Positions 10,289 to 23,507 are shown, numbered from the stretch's first letter. The stretch: DNA of 64,000 bases from an uncultured Planctomycetota bacterium (GCA_963849325.1 CAWKHF010000005.1:768001-832000); one strand, 5' to 3'. The notes: a model not told the origin generated them from the letters alone. Translations and numbers: made by a program.

Positions 10289-11337
10289 TCATCCCACGCT
10301 CGCCGGTTTCATGCCGACCGCCTGGCGCACCAGGGCCATCGTCTGCCGCGCCTCGGCCCGCGCGCGCTGCGGCGCCGCGCCGCAGGACATCCTCGACCTG
10401 CTCGGGATGGGCGGCCAGTTGCTTGCGCCGCTCGCGGGCCGGGCCGAAGTGGGCGTTGATCTTCTCCAGCAGCATCTTCTTGGCCTCGCCGTAGCCCATG
10501 CCGCCGGCACGATAGCGCGCCGCCAGCGCCGCCTTCTCCTCGTCGGTGGCGAACAGGCTGTACAGCGCGAACACGTTGCAGCGCTCGGGATCTTTCGGCG
10601 CCTCCACCGGCGTGCTGTCGGTGACGATGCTCATGACCGTCTTTTGCAGCGGCTTGCCCTCGGCGAAGATATCGATGGTGTTGTTGTACGACTTGCTCAT
10701 CTTCTGCCCGTCGATGCCTGGCACCTTCGATTCCTTGTCGAGCCGATAGTCCGGGATGGGGAAGACATCGCCGTAGGCGCGGTTGAACTTGCCGGCGATG
10801 TCCTGCGTCATCTCGACGTGCTGCACCTGGTCCTTGCCCACCGGCACGACGTGCGAGCGATAGATGAGGATGTCCGCCGCCATGAGGATCGGATAGAAGA
10901 ACAGGCCGACGCTGGCGTCGATGCCCTTTTCGATCTTCTCCTTGTAGGAGACGGCGCGTTCGAGCAGGCCCATGTTGGTGACGGTCGAGAGAATCCAGGC
11001 CAAGCTCGGTGACTTCGGGAACGTCGGACTGGCGGAAGAAGACGGCCTTGTCGGGGTCGAGTCCGAGGGCGAGGTAATCCAGGGCGACATCGAGCGTGTT
11101 CTGGCGCAGGGTCTCGGCCCGGTCGGCCGGCTCGATCTTGTCGTTGCCGATTCGCCGCCGGGTCGCCTCGTCGATGGTGGTCAGGGCGTGATAGTCGGCG
11201 ATGAAGTAGAAGCACGGCGCCTCGTCTTGCAGGGCGATGTGCTGGCGGATGGCGCCGAAGTAGTTGCCGAGGTGGAGCTTGCCGGACGGCTGCACGCCGC
11301 TGAGGATGCGTCGCGGGCCGGAGGGAGGGTTGGCCAT
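10289..11337 (-). CDS. trpS: Tryptophanyl-tRNA synthetase (frameshifted)
   Basis: [39 protein letters not shown]. Confidence 0.95.
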
Positions 11338-11353
11338 GTCGAGTATCTCTTGT

Positions 11354-11387
11354 GCCGCTGGCGGCTTAGCGTTAAGCCGCCAGCGGC
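11354..11387. repeat. Short palindrome GCCGCTGGCGGCTTAGCGTTAAGCCGCCAGCGGC
   Basis: Inverted arms; related half-site TAAGCCGCAAGCGGC near 26945. Confidence 0.6.
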
Positions 11388-11467
11388 CGGTTGCTCTATC
11401 CCACGCTCTTTTTACCGGGTAAAGTTAGTCCGGCGTCCCGAAGAGGATGGAGGGAAGTGATCCGGGC

Positions 11468-12236
11468 ATGGATCGCATCGAACAATCTCTGGTGGAAGCT
11501 CTGCGGCAAGCGCTGGCCGAGCCGGGCGAGCAGCGTTTGTACCGCGGCGGCAAGCTGACGGGCCTGTTCCCCGGCCGCAATGGCGTCGCATGGCACCGCC
11601 GCCGCCCAGGCGCTGCGCGACGGCCTGCTGGAAGATCGTCCGCACGCGAGACGAAGGGCAAGACGATCATCGAGTGGGTGCGTCTGACGCCGCGCGGCGT
11701 CGATTTCCTGCACGAGCGCGAATCGCCGCTCTGCGCCCTGCAGGAGCTGCGCGCCGCGCTGCGGCTCAATCAGCAGGCAGTGCCGGTATGGCTGGCGGAG
11801 ATCCGCGCCGCCTTGCAGGCGATGGACGAACGCCTCGCCGCCGACGCGCACAAGTGGCTGGAGCGCCTCGACGCCCTGTCGCGCCGCGTGGACGAGACGC
11901 TGCGCCGCCTGGAACAGTCGGCCCCGCTGCTGCCGCCGGAGATCGCCGAAGTCACACCCCTGGGCCATCGACGCGCTGAACTACCTTGACCGCCGCCGCC
12001 TGGCGTCCGGCTCGTCCGCCGAGGACGAGGCCACGGATTGTCCCCTGCCGGAGTTGTTCGCGGCCCTGGTGCGCCCGCATCCCGGTCTGTCGATGAGCGT
12101 CTTTCACGAGGGGCTGCGCCGTTTGCACGAACGGCGTTTGTTGCACCTGCGGCCGGCCTCCAGCCTGGCCGACCTGCCACAGCCGGAGTACGCCCTGCTC
12201 GAAGGCGCCGCCGTGCTGTACTATGCCGCCCGCTGA
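11468..12236 (+). CDS. Hypothetical protein (frameshifted), possibly DNA-binding
   Basis: Continuous coding-like text across ORFs 11447-11989 and 12054-12236. Confidence 0.6.
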
Positions 12237-12262
12237 GGGTAGGATTATGGAATGGTCCGAAT

Positions 12263-12328
12263 CGTTTCGCCGCGACGCGCAGCGGAGCGCGGACTTGCCG
12301 CGCTCCGCTGCGCAGTCGCGGCGAAACG
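12263..12328. repeat. REP-like palindrome family A, copy 1
   Basis: GTTT(C/A)GCCGCGACGCGCAGCGGAGCGCG-loop-inverse. Confidence 0.9.
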
Positions 12329-12341
12329 GGAGACTCTTTCC

Positions 12342-13781
12342 ATGAAGCCGTTTACCTCGCCGGATCACTGGCCGATCGCCACCTCACGGCGCGACTTCCT
12401 GGTGCGCGCCGGCGGCGGCTGCGGCGCCCTGGCGCTGTCGTGGCTGCTGGCGCACGACGGCCAGGCATCTGCTCCGCACGTCAATCCGCTGGCCGCACGG
12501 CAACCGCACCACCCGGCCAAGGCGAAGTCGGTCATCTTCCTGTTCATGGTCGGCGGTCCCAGTGCCATCGATCTGTTCGATCCCAAGCCGGCGCTGACGA
12601 AGCACCACGGCAAACCGTTGCCGCCCAGCTTCGGCATGCCCGTCAGCCAGTTCACCAAGGGCGATACGCCGCTCCTGGCCAGCACGCGCACCTTCCGCAA
12701 GCACGGCCAGTCCGGCCTGGACGTGTCCGACCTGATGCCGCATTTGGCAACGTGCGTCGATGACATCGCCTTTCTGCGTTCGTGCTGGTGTACCAGCACC
12801 ATCCACGCGCCGGCGATGTACGAACTGCACAGCGGCCGCACGCAGATGGGCTATCCCAGTCTCGGCTCGTGGGTGACGTATGGCCTGGGCAGCGTCAGCG
12901 ACAGTCTGCCGGCCTATTGCGTCCTGCTGCAACCGGAGGGCACGCCGGAGGGCGGCGCGCCGTGCTGGAGTGCCGGCTTTCTGCCGGCCGTCTACCAGGG
13001 CACGCTCCTGCGTCGCGGACCCAACCCCATCCTCCACCTCAAGCCGCCGCCCGGCGTCGGCGCCGAGCAGCAGCGCCGCACCCTCGACCTGGTGCAGCGC
13101 ATGAACGACGTCGGCCGCGATCCCGACGACACCGAGTTGAACGCGCGCATCGCCAGTTACGAGCTGGCCTTCCGCATGCAGCAGTACGCCCCGGAGGCGG
13201 TGGACCTGTCGCGCGAATCGGCGGCGACGAAGACGATGTACGGCCTGGACGACAAGCGCACCGCCGACTTCGGCACGCGCTGTCTGCTGGCGCGACGGCT
13301 GGTCGAGCGCGGCGTGCGTTTCGTGCAGTTGTATTCCGGCGGCGGCCCGCTCATCACCCAATGGGACGCCCACGACGACATCAACGCCAACCACGAAAAG
13401 ATGTGCGGCCACGTCGATCGGCCGATCGCGGCGCTGCTGAAAGACCTGAAACAGCGCGGCCTGCTCGATACGACGCTGGTGGTCTGGGCCGGCGAGTTCG
13501 GCCGGACGCCCATGTCGCAGGGCGGCAAGGGGCGCGATCACAACCCCTACGGCTTCACGACGTGGCTGGCCGGCGGCGGCGTCAAGGGCGGACAGGCCAT
13601 CGGCGCCACCGACGAATTCGGCCTCCGCGCCGTCGAGGATCGCATCAGCGTCCACGACTTCCACGCCACCATTCTGCACCTGCTCGGACTCGATCACGAA
13701 CAGCTGACCTTCCTGCATAGCGGCCGCGATGAGCGCCTGACCGACGTGGCCGGTCAGGTGGTCGAGTCCGTCTACGAGTAA
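12342..13781 (+). CDS. DUF1501 family protein (Tat signal)
   Basis: [48 protein letters not shown]. Confidence 0.93.
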   Translation: MKPFTSPDHWPIATSRRDFLVRAGGGCGALALSWLLAHDGQASAPHVNPLAARQPHHPAKAKSVIFLFMVGGPSAIDLFDPKPALTKHHGKPLPPSFGMPVSQFTKGDTPLLASTRTFRKHGQSGLDVSDLMPHLATCVDDIAFLRSCWCTSTIHAPAMYELHSGRTQMGYPSLGSWVTYGLGSVSDSLPAYCVLLQPEGTPEGGAPCWSAGFLPAVYQGTLLRRGPNPILHLKPPPGVGAEQQRRTLDLVQRMNDVGRDPDDTELNARIASYELAFRMQQYAPEAVDLSRESAATKTMYGLDDKRTADFGTRCLLARRLVERGVRFVQLYSGGGPLITQWDAHDDINANHEKMCGHVDRPIAALLKDLKQRGLLDTTLVVWAGEFGRTPMSQGGKGRDHNPYGFTTWLAGGGVKGGQAIGATDEFGLRAVEDRISVHDFHATILHLLGLDHEQLTFLHSGRDERLTDVAGQVVESVYE

Positions 13782-13847
13782 TCGGCTGAAACCCGTTTCT
13801 CTCCCTCGGGGTATGTTCTCTCAAGCCGCCGGCCGCGAGCAGCCACC

Positions 13848-14438
13848 GTGACCACCGACGATGACGCCACCCTGGTTCGACGCTGCCTGCGCGGAGAGGA
13901 CGAGGCCATCCGTGTGCTGGTCGGCCGCTTCCAGGCCGAGGTATTCGGCCTGTGCGTGCGCCTGCTCAACCATCGCCAGGACGCCGAGGACGTGACGCAG
14001 GAGGTGTTCCTGCGCATCTTCCGCAGCCTGCGCCGATGGGACTCGCGGCGTCCGCTGCGGCCGTGGATCATGAGAACTGCCGTCAATCGCTGCCGGACCT
14101 GGTTGGCCCAGCGCGCGCGGCGGCCGGAGCTGGTCGATTACTTGCAAGACACCCTGGCCAGCCCGCCGCCGGACGATTCCGGGGAGCTGCTCCACGAGAT
14201 CCAGGCCGCCGTCGGCGAGCTGCGCCTGGAGTATCGCACTGTCTTCGTGCTCTTTCACGAGCAGGGACAGCCTTACGAGGACATCGCCGAGGTGATGGAC
14301 CGGCCGGTCGGCACCATCAAGACCTGGCTGCACCGCGCCCGTCTGGAAGTCCTTCAGCGCCTGCGCCGCCGGGGCATGGTTCCCGGCGAAGAACACCCGG
14401 CCACCCCCCTGCCGGAAAGCGGAAGGGAGCAACCATGA
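13848..14438 (+). CDS. ECF RNA polymerase sigma factor
   Basis: DAEDVTQEVFL, YEDIAEVMDRPVGTIKTWLHRAR. Confidence 0.93.
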   Translation: MTTDDDATLVRRCLRGEDEAIRVLVGRFQAEVFGLCVRLLNHRQDAEDVTQEVFLRIFRSLRRWDSRRPLRPWIMRTAVNRCRTWLAQRARRPELVDYLQDTLASPPPDDSGELLHEIQAAVGELRLEYRTVFVLFHEQGQPYEDIAEVMDRPVGTIKTWLHRARLEVLQRLRRRGMVPGEEHPATPLPESGREQP

Positions 14439-15223
14439 AATGTAACGCCGCGCACGAATTGTTGCAGCAGCACCTCGACGGCGCGCCGATCGAGTCGCCG
14501 GAATTGCTGGAGCACCTGCGCCAGTGCCCCGACTGCCAATCCCTGGCGACGGCGACGCGGCGCTTGCAAGAGGGTCTGCGTTTGCTGATGCTGCCGCCTC
14601 CGCCGCCGGACCTGGCCGAGCGCATCGCCGACCGCGTTGGACTCGACCGCCGGCGGGTCCGCCGACGGTCCCGCCGGCGCTGGGCCGTCAGCCTCGCCCT
14701 CGCCGCCGGCCTGTTCGTCGCCCTGACCCTGCGCCTCGACTGGCGCGGGCGACGCGATGACGCCGAGACGGACAAACAGGGGCCGGTCGCCGCGCAGGAG
14801 ACGCCCGAAGCGACGCCGACGTTGCGCGAGTCGGTGGCGGAGGCGGGAGAGGCCGTCGCCGCCCTGACCAGTCAGACCGCCGACGAGACGGTGGGACAGA
14901 CGCGCTGGCTGGTGCCGAAAGTGACCGGGCCTTCCTTGCCGCAAGTGGACCTGGAGTCGATGGAGCCGCCGACTCGTCCGCTGCGCGAGGCCGGCGAGGG
15001 CGTCTCCCGTGGACTCGAACCCGTGACGACCTCGGCCCGGCGCGCGGTTGGCCTGTTCCTGCGCGAGCTGCCGCCGATGGACGTGGGACAGAAAGGGGTT
15101 GTAAGAGGATCTAATAAGAAGAGCCTCACGCAAAGGCGCAAAGAACGCAAAGGAAAAAAGAAGAAACAATCCGGCCTTTTTCCTTTTTTTGTCTTTCTTT
15201 GCGCCCTTTGCGCCTTTGCGTGA
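14435..15223 (+). CDS. Putative zinc-finger anti-sigma factor (true stop may be near 15104)
   Basis: HLRQCPDC (HxxxCxxC) plus one TM helix; ATGA overlap with sigma gene. Confidence 0.8.
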   Translation: MKCNAAHELLQQHLDGAPIESPELLEHLRQCPDCQSLATATRRLQEGLRLLMLPPPPPDLAERIADRVGLDRRRVRRRSRRRWAVSLALAAGLFVALTLRLDWRGRRDDAETDKQGPVAAQETPEATPTLRESVAEAGEAVAALTSQTADETVGQTRWLVPKVTGPSLPQVDLESMEPPTRPLREAGEGVSRGLEPVTTSARRAVGLFLRELPPMDVGQKGVVRGSNKKSLTQRRKERKGKKKKQSGLFPFFVFLCALCAFA

Positions 15224-15233
15224 GGCTCTTCTT
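15116..15233. repeat. MITE/REP-like inverted repeat built on CGCAAAG units
   Basis: AAGAAGAGCCTCACGCAAAGGCGCAAAG...CTTTGCGCCTTTGCGTGAGGCTCTTCTT. Confidence 0.8.
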
Positions 15234-15258
15234 TTCACCCAGCGAAGGGTATTCCATT

Positions 15259-17025
15259 ATGCAGGCGTTGTCTTGGGACCGTTCGCGGCGGACGTCGCTG
15301 TGGCTGGCGCTGGGCCTCCTCGCGTTGGCCGCGCCGCTGCGCGCGGCCGCGCCGCGCGATGAATTGCTCCGCCTCGTGCCCGACTCGATCGGCTTTTGTC
15401 TCGTCGTACACGACCTGCGTACGCACGCCGCCGCCTGGCGGTCCTCGCCGCTCGTCGAGCAGCTGCGGCAGTCGCCACTGGCCGGCAAGGTCCGCAACAG
15501 CGCGGAGATGAAGAAACTCGGCCGACTGGAAGCCCATTTGAAAGATAAACTCGGTCTCGATTGGGCGCAGCTGCGCGACGACATCCTGGGCGACGCCCTC
15601 GTGTTCGTGTACCGGCCGGGACCGCCCGGTAAACCGGAGCGGGAAGAAGGTCTCATCCTCGTCCGCGCCCGCAATGCCAAGATCCTGGCCGAATTGATCG
15701 AACGGCTCAACCAGGTGCAGAAGGAAGAAGGCTCGCTCAAGGAGTTGGAAGAACGCCGGCACAACGGCGCCGTCTACCATCGTCGCCTGGAACGCAACAA
15801 GCCGGCGACCTTCTATTACGTCAACGGTCCCGTGGTGGCGCTGTCCGAGCAGGAAGACATGCTGCGGCAGGCGATCGACTGCGACCGTCTCCGCTCCGCC
15901 GAGGTCGTGCCGGACGTGACGCGCCGCCTGCGCGAACTGGAGGCCGACCGTGCTCTGCTCGCCGTGTGGATCAACCCGCGTGCCTTCGACGCCGAGGTCG
16001 AGTCGAAGGCCGCCGGCGTCCCGGCCGAGCGTGCCGCGACCGTGCGGCACTTCGCCGGTACTGGAAGGCGCTGGACAGTGTCGTCCTGTCGCTGTCGCCA
16101 ACGGAGCGCGACATCGACCTGTCCCTGGGCGTCCGCGCTCGGGTCGAGGAGTTGCCGCCGGCGGCGCAGCGATTGTTCCGCGAAGCATCGGCGCCGAGCG
16201 AGCTGTGGCGGCGCTTCCCCGAGACGGCCCTGCTCGCCGCCGGCGGCCGGCTCGACGGCGCCGCCCTGTTCGACGTGCTGAACGGCTTTCTCAGGCCCGA
16301 TGGTCGGCAAGCGCTCGACACCGATCTGAACCGCCAGTTCGGCGCCTTCCTGGGCGGCGATCTCCGCAAGGAAGTGCTGCCCGCCCTCGGCCCGGACTGG
16401 GGCCTGTGCGTGACGGCGCCGGCGGCGGAGGCGAAGGGCTGGATGCCGCAAACGCTGTTCGCTCTGCGCGTGGCCCCGACCAAGGACACGGCGCCGCTGG
16501 ATCGCACGCTGCCCTCGGCCCTCGATTTCGCGGCCCGGCTGGTCCTCCTCGGCCATAACCGTCAACACCCCGATCAGCCGATGACCCTCAAGACGACCGA
16601 CGCGGACAAGCACGAAGTCCGCTACCTGTCCAGCGAGCGCGGCCTGCCTCGCGGTGTGCAGCCGGCCTTCGCCCTGCTCGACGGCTATCTCGTGTTGTCC
16701 AGCTCGCTCGACAACCTGGTCCGACTTCGCCCGGACGACGCCGGCTCCGGCTCCCTCCGCCGATGCTCCCACGCCCCTGCTGCGCCTCTCGATCAAGGAC
16801 GGACGCGCCTACCTCCGCGAACGCCGCGAGCCGATCGTGCACTTCCTCGCCGACAAGAACAAGCTGGACCCCGACGCGGCCGGCCGACAGTTCGACAACC
16901 TCCTCGCCGGCCTGCAATTCGTCGATCGCATCGAGTTGCGTCAGCGCTCCGCCCCCGGCCAGGTCATCTTCACTCTGGCGGCGCAGATGGCGCAGCCGCT
17001 CAAGATACCGAGCCGCGACCGTTAG
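15259..17025 (+). CDS. Exported hypothetical protein (frameshifted)
   Basis: Signal peptide; coding text continues through ORFs 15199, 15966 and 16654. Confidence 0.7.
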
Positions 17026-17062
17026 GGAGCGGTTACTTCCCGCTCCCTAACGGTCGCGGCTC
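17010..17062. repeat. REP-like palindrome family B (GAGCCGCGACCGTNAGGGAGCGG...)
   Basis: Inverted arms; other copies at 40341 and 42851. Confidence 0.9.
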
Positions 17063-17154
17063 CGATGGGGTCAGCCTCTTGCTCCGCGAGCGCGGGCACA
17101 GTATCGTCAAGGTCACGTCATTGAGGTTCGCTTCCTCGGCCAAGGACCGTGACC

Positions 17155-19215
17155 ATGAACGTATCGAGACGCTTCGCAGCCGTGGTGTTGTTGCCGGCGC
17201 TGCTCTCTCTCTTCACCATCGTTTTGACCGCCGCTCCGGCCCCGCCGAGCAAGTACGCTCCGCCGCCGGCCGTCAAGCCGAGCGCGGAAGTCCTCAAAAA
17301 GATCGAGGAACGCAAGGACAAGCTCGGCCGCATGATCCGCCAGTTTCGCCAGCTGGGAGTGACGGATCCCTTCCTGGCCGACATCGAGGTTTATTACAAG
17401 GCGGCCTCGTGGATCACGCGCCACAATGAGTTTTACCAGAAGGACGCCGGCGACTGGACGGTCGAGGCGTTGGAGCGCGGCCTGCTCCGCGCCAGCCAGC
17501 AGGCCCAGGGCGAGACGCCGTGGTATCAGATCGTCGGCCGCACCGTCGTTCGCGGCTATCGTTCGCAGGTCGACGGCTCCGTGCAGCCCTACGCCGTCAC
17601 CTTCCCGGCCGACTACGGCAAGGAACGCAAGAAGTGGCGCATCGAGGTCGTGCTGCACGGCCGCGACAACGGCCTGACCGAAGTGAGCTTCCTGCATCGG
17701 CACAACGGCGACAAGCCGGCGCCGCCGAACCAGGATTACGTCCGCCTCGACATCTACGGCCGCGGCAACAACGCCTACCGCTGGGCCGGCGAGACCGACG
17801 TCAGCGAGGCGGTCGAGCACTTCCTGCTCGTCGAGCAGAAGCTGACGCGAGCGCAGCAGTTCCTGGACGTCGAATCGCAGCGTGCTGCGCGGCTTCTCGA
17901 TGGGCGGGGCCGGCACCTGGCACCTCGGCCTGCACGGCCCGGACACTGGTGCGTCATCAGCCCCGGCGCCGGCTTCACCACCACGCACGGCTACATCCAC
18001 GAACCTGCCGGACAAGCTGCCGCCGTAGCAGGAGGCGTGCCTGCACATCTACGACGCCGTCGATTACGCCGAGAACGCCTTCGACGTGCCGGTCGTCGCC
18101 TACGCCGGCGCCGAGGATCCGCAATTGCAGGCCGCGCGCAACATCGAGGCCCGCCTCAAGGAGCGGAACATCCCCATGAAACTGCTGGTCGCGCCGGAGC
18201 TCGGCCATCAGTTCCCGCCCGAGTGGCAGAAGAAGGTCGCCGAAGCGCTCGGCGAAGTACGCGGCCAAGGGCCGGCCGGAGTATCCGCCGCGCGTCCATT
18301 TCGTGACCTACACGCTGAAGTATCCCAGCTGCGATTGGGTCGGCATTCACGGTCTCGAGCGCCACTACGAGCGCGCCTCGGTCGATGCCGAACGCACCGA
18401 GGACGGCTTCAAGGTCCAGACGAGCAACGTGCGCACGCTCCGCCTGCGCCTGTGGCCCGGCGCCTCGCGGCAAGCAGTCGCCGTGCAGATCGACGGCCAG
18501 CGCCTCGAGGCCCAGCCGTATCTGCACGTCCGCGCACTCGCCGTACCTGTTTGTGGACCTCGAACGTCGCGGCGGCCGCTGGCATTCGGTGCTGCCGGAG
18601 AGGATCGTCACCGACCGTCTGCGCCGCCCGCAGAAGGCGCCGGGACTGCAAGGGCCGATCGACGACGCCTTCATGGAGCCGTTCTTGTGCGTGCGCGGTA
18701 CGGGCGCCGCCTGGCACGAAGCCACCGACAATTATGCCCGCGCCAATCTCGAACGCTTCCGCGACGAGTGGTCGAAGTACTTGCGCGGCGACCTGCCGAT
18801 CAAGGACGACGTGGAAGTGACGCCGGAAGACATCGCCAGCCGCCACCTGATTCTGTTCGGCGATCCGTCGTCCAACAGCCTGATCGCGCAGGCTCTGCCA
18901 GGCTTGCCGTTGACGTGGACGAAGGACAAGATCGCCTGGGAGGGCAAGGCCTACGCCGCCGGCGAACACGTGCCGGTGCTGATTTACCCCAGTCCGCTGT
19001 CGTCGGAGCATTACGTCGTGCTGAACTCCGGCCACACCTTCCACGCCGCGGACTTCCAGGGCACCAACGCCCTGCTCTACCCGCGCCTGGGCGATTACGC
19101 CATCCTGAAATTGGCCTCCGACCAAAAGTCCGACAAGAAAGACCCCCTGGCCGTCGAAGTACAGAGGGCGGGTTTGTTCGACGACTTCTGGAAGGCGGCG
19201 CCATCGGAGAAATGA
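17155..19215 (+). CDS. Secreted alpha/beta-hydrolase (peptidase-like), frameshifted with one in-frame TAG
   Basis: YRSQVDGSVQPY, VVLHGR, LRGFSMGGAG nucleophile elbow in shifted frame, PGLQGPIDDAF. Confidence 0.8.
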
Positions 19216-19222
19216 CGTTCTG

Positions 19223-19285
19223 GTTTCGCCGCGACGCGCAGCGGAGCGCGCCAAGCCCGCGCTCCGCTGCGCGTCGCGGCGAAAC
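19223..19285. repeat. REP-like palindrome family A, copy 2
   Basis: Same arms as copy 1. Confidence 0.9.
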
Positions 19286-19305
19286 GCAGGGATATTGAGG
19301 ACATC

Positions 19306-20957
19306 ATGACGCAGTGTCCGACGTGTAAACAGGAGTTGGAAGCGGGCATCCGTTTCTGCCCCCACGACGGCACGCCGTTGACGGACACGTCCGCCGCCCA
19401 GCCGACGCGCACGCCGGCCGAGGGGACCGCGACGGGCCGTCCGCCGGCGGCGAAGGAGATCGAGTTGCCCATCGTGGTTGGCGGCCGCTATCGGCTGACC
19501 GAGCTGCGCGGCGGCGGCGGCATGGCGAGGGTCTATCGCGCCGTGGACGACACGCTCGAACGCGAGGTCGCCGTCAAGCTCATCAACGCCGAGCTGCGCA
19601 ACGAAAGCGAGTTCGATGCGCGTTTCCAGCGCGAGGCGCGCATCGCCAGCCAGCTGTCCGATCCGCACATCGTCGTCGTCCACGACTTCGGCATCGATCC
19701 GACGCACGGGCCGTTTTTGGTCATGGAGTATCTGCAAGGCCAATCGCTGCGCGAGCGGCTGCAAAGCGAGGGACCGCTGCCGTTCAAGGCCGGCTTGCAG
19801 CTGGCCGCTCAGCTCTTGCTGGCGCTGATCCACGCCCACGGCAAGAACATCGTCCACCGCGACATCAAGCCGGACAACATCTTTCTTCTGAATCAGAGCG
19901 GCGTGCGGCTGCACGTGCGCGTCCTCGACTTCGGTATCGCTCGCATCTTCCGCCGCGGCGAGCCGGGCCAGGCCGAGACGCTGACCAACCCCGGCGCCGT
20001 GCTCGGCACGCCGCGTTACATGTCGCCCGAACAGCTCGCCGGCCAGACCGTTGACGCCCTCTCCGATCTGTACAGTGCCGCCCTGGTGATTCACGAGGCG
20101 ATGACCGGCCAGCTGCCCTACGTCAGCGGCAAGAAGCTGTGCGAGATGTGCCCCGAGGCGTCGCCGGCCTTGCAGGATCTTCTCGACCAATGCCTCAAGC
20201 CCAATCCCGCGGAGCGCCCGCCTGGGGCCGTCGAGGTGTACCTGCGCTTGCAGGAACTGGGCAAGGCCAGCGGCATCTTGCTGCTGCCGCCCGGCGACCT
20301 GGACAAGCTGGTCGATTCGCGCAAGTCCTCCGAGCCGACTATCGCCTACGTGCCGCCGCTTGTGCCGCGGGCGCGGATGCGGCGGCGGTTGTTTCTCGGC
20401 CTGGCTCTGCTGCTCGTCTTGCTGGGACTGGTGGCGCTGCTCAAGCCGCTCTTCTTCGCCCGGCTGGGGGATGGGCGTCACGAATCGGTGCTGGGCGTCC
20501 GCATCGACGATCCGCAGCAGGAGGTGGTGGAGAGGCTGAAGCTGGTGAAGGGTGGACCGATGAACCCCTGGGAGACGGATCGGACGCCCGGCTACCTCGG
20601 TCACGTGCTCTGCGCCGACGACCTCGCCCTGCCGGCCGAAGCCCTGTTTCGGCTGGACGTGCAGCGCAGCGCCAACGACAACGTCTGCGTCGTCTTCCAC
20701 GAGGACCGGGTGAGGGCCATCGTCGTGCGCGGGCGCACGCCGGGACCGGACGCGGTCTGCGCGTCCTCGACCGCAAGGGTCGCGTCCTCGACGTCTATCC
20801 CGAGGACGTCAGTCAGGACTTCTCGATGGACGTGGCCAACTCCGCGCGCGTCCGGCGCAAGATCGAAGTCCGCCGTTACGATGCGTTGGGCATCGGTTTC
20901 GAGATGCACGAGGACAAGGTGACGGCCATCACGCTTTATCCACCTGTCAGCAAGTAG
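19306..20957 (+). CDS. Ser/Thr protein kinase with N-terminal zinc ribbon and TM helix (C-terminal frameshift)
   Basis: CPTC..CPHD, GGGGMARVY, VAVK, HRDIKPDN, DFG, GTPRYMSPEQ. Confidence 0.93.
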
Positions 20958-20960
20958 AAG

Positions 20961-21035
20961 GGCGAACGGCCGGCGTCAGCCGGCTGGTACTGGTCCCGCC
21001 CATCCGTACCAGCCGGCTGACGCCGGCCGTTCGCC
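20961..21035. repeat. REP-like palindrome family C, copy 2
   Basis: Same arms as 7058-7122. Confidence 0.9.
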
Positions 21036-21087
21036 GGGTGCCGACACGCTCCATCTTGACGTCGTCGGCGCGACGGGCTACCTTGCG

Positions 21088-23421
21088 ATGTTAGTGCGGA
21101 CTAGCGTTTCCGCGAGGCTATCGTCGGAGAGTCAAGTCGTGGCAGAAGCGGCGGGCGTTGTTGGCGTAGCGCTGGTCGTCTTCCTGGCCGTCTGCTGGTT
21201 GTGGCCGTACCGCGCCCTGCGCCTGGCGCTGGGACTGGCGACCCATTCGATCTACTGGCTGCGGGTGAACGGCCGGGAGAACGTGCCGGCGCGGCGGCGC
21301 GCTGCTGGTGTGCAACCACGTCAGTTATCTCGACTGGCTGCTGCTCCTGGCGGCGCAGCGGCGTTTCCTTCGTCTGGTGGTCTTCGCCGGCTGGACGAAA
21401 CAGTGGGGCGTGCGTCATTTGCTCCGCTGGGCCGGGGTCCTCGCCATCGACGACTCGGCGGGGACGCGCGGCCTGGTCCGCGCTCTGCGGCAGGCCCGCG
21501 AGTGCCTGGCACGCGGCGAACTAGTATGTCTCTTCGTCGAGGGCCGGGTGCTGCCGGGCGGCCTGTCGCTGCCATTCCACCGTCAGTTCGAGCGCGTCGC
21601 TCGCAAGAGCGGAGCGCCGATCGTGCCGGTCTGTCTCGATCAAACGCTGGGCAGTCTTTTCGTGGTGCGTCAGGGACGTCTCGAGTTGGCGCTGGCCGTT
21701 GACGCTGCCGTTCCCAGCCTACGCGACCTTCGGTTCGCCGCTGCCGGCCGGCACGCCGGCCGGCGACGTGCGGCAGGCGCTGCAACTCTTGTCGGCCCGC
21801 GCCGCCATCGAGCGCGCCGACCGACGCCGGCCGGCGCACCGGCGCTTTGTGCGCGTGGCCGCCCGCCGCCCGTTCCGTTCCTGCTTCCTCGACAGCACCC
21901 GGCCGGATCGGCTTAACTACGCTCGCGCCCTGGCCGGCGTGATGTGTGCGGTCAAGTTCTTTCGGCCGCTGCTGGGCGATGCCCCGATGGTCGGCATTTG
22001 GTTGCCCTCCAGCATGGGCGGCGCCTTCGCCAACATCACCCTGGCCATGCTCGGCAAGACGGCCATCAACCTCAATTACACCTCTTCGCCCGAGGCCATT
22101 CGCTCCGCCCTGCGCCAGTGCGGCGCGCGCCACGTCATCACCTCGCGGCGCTTCACCGCCCGCATGCAACTCGATCCGGGGCCGGGCGTCGAGGTGATTT
22201 ACTTTGAGGACATCGCTCCGCGCTTCACCGCCTGGATGCGCCTGAGCCGCTGGCTGGCCGTGGTCCTGCTGCCGGGCTGGTTCCTGGAATACGTCGTGCT
22301 CCGCCTGGGCCGGCACAGCCTCGACGACCTGGCCACCGTCATCTTCTCCAGCGGCAGCACTGGCGAGCCCAAGGGCATCATGCTCAGTCACGGCAACATC
22401 GCGGCCAACATCGAGTCGATGATTCAGGCCGTCGCGCTGCGGCCGGACGATCGCGCTCTGGGCGTGCTGCCTTTCTTCCACAGCTTCGGCTACACCGTGA
22501 CGCTGTGGGCGCCGTTGCAGGTCGGCGCCTCGGTGCTGTACCACCCCGATCCGCGCCAGGCCAAGGAGATCGGCGAACTGTGCCGCACGCACCAGTGCAC
22601 CATCTACATTTCGACCGCGACGTTTCTGCGCTTCTGTCTGCGCAAGTGTACGCCGGACGATTTCCACAGTCTGCGCATCCTCATCTGCGGCGCCGAGAAG
22701 CTGCCGGTGTCGCTGGCCGAGGAGTTCCGCGCAAGTTCGGCATCCTGCCGCTGGAGGGCTACGGCTGCACGGAGCTGTCGCCCGTCGCCAGCACCAACCT
22801 GCCGGACCTGGAGGTTGAGGGCGTCCGTCAGGTTGCCAACAAGCCGGGCACGGTCGGTCAGCCGATCCCCGGTGTGGCCGGCCGTGTCGTCCACCCTGAG
22901 ACGCGCGCGTCGCTGCCGGTCGGCGCGGAGGGCTTGTTGCTGATCCACGGCGGCAACGTCATGCGCGGCTACCTCGGCCGGCCCGAGCTGACCCGCAACG
23001 CCGTCCACGACGGCTGGTACGTCACCGGCGACATGGGCCGACTGGACGCGGACGGCTTCATTACCCTGACCGGCCGGCTGTCGCGCTTCGCCAAGTGTGG
23101 CGGCGAGATGGTGCCGTTGGAGAAGATCGAAGAAGTCTTGCACGACATCCTCGGCACCAGCGAGCGCGTCTGCGCCGTCACCTGCGTGCCCGACGAGGCG
23201 CGCGGCGAGCGGTTGGTCGTCCTCTATCTGCGCAGGACGGACTGGAAGTGCGTTCGTGGTGTCAGCAGTTGAGCGCGCACGGCCTGCCGAACCTGTGGCT
23301 GCCGGCGGAGCGCGACTTCCACGCCGTGGCCGAACTGCCGGTGCTCGGCAGCGGCAAGCTCAACTTGCAGGGCGTCAAGGAGATGGCCGTCGCCTTGGCG
23401 GTGCGCCGCGCCTCGGGTTAG
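21088..23421 (+). CDS. Aas-like acyltransferase / acyl-ACP synthetase (frameshifted)
   Basis: NHVSYLD acyltransferase motif; IFSSGSTGEPKG, EGYGCTE, WYVTGD, GSGK AMP-binding motifs. Confidence 0.88.
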
Positions 23422-23438
23422 GATTCATCCAATCCTTC

Positions 23439-23507
23439 TCGTTTAGCCGCGACGCGCAGCGGAGCGCGGGATACGGCCGCGCTCCGCTGCGCGTCGCGGC
23501 TAAACGA
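23439..23507. repeat. REP-like palindrome family A, copy 3
   Basis: Between convergent genes. Confidence 0.9.

Noticed and set aside
9156-11090. 644-aa TrpS-PstS fusion ORF
   Set aside because: Produced by a frameshift near the trpS 3' end; pstS has its own start and signal peptide at 10202
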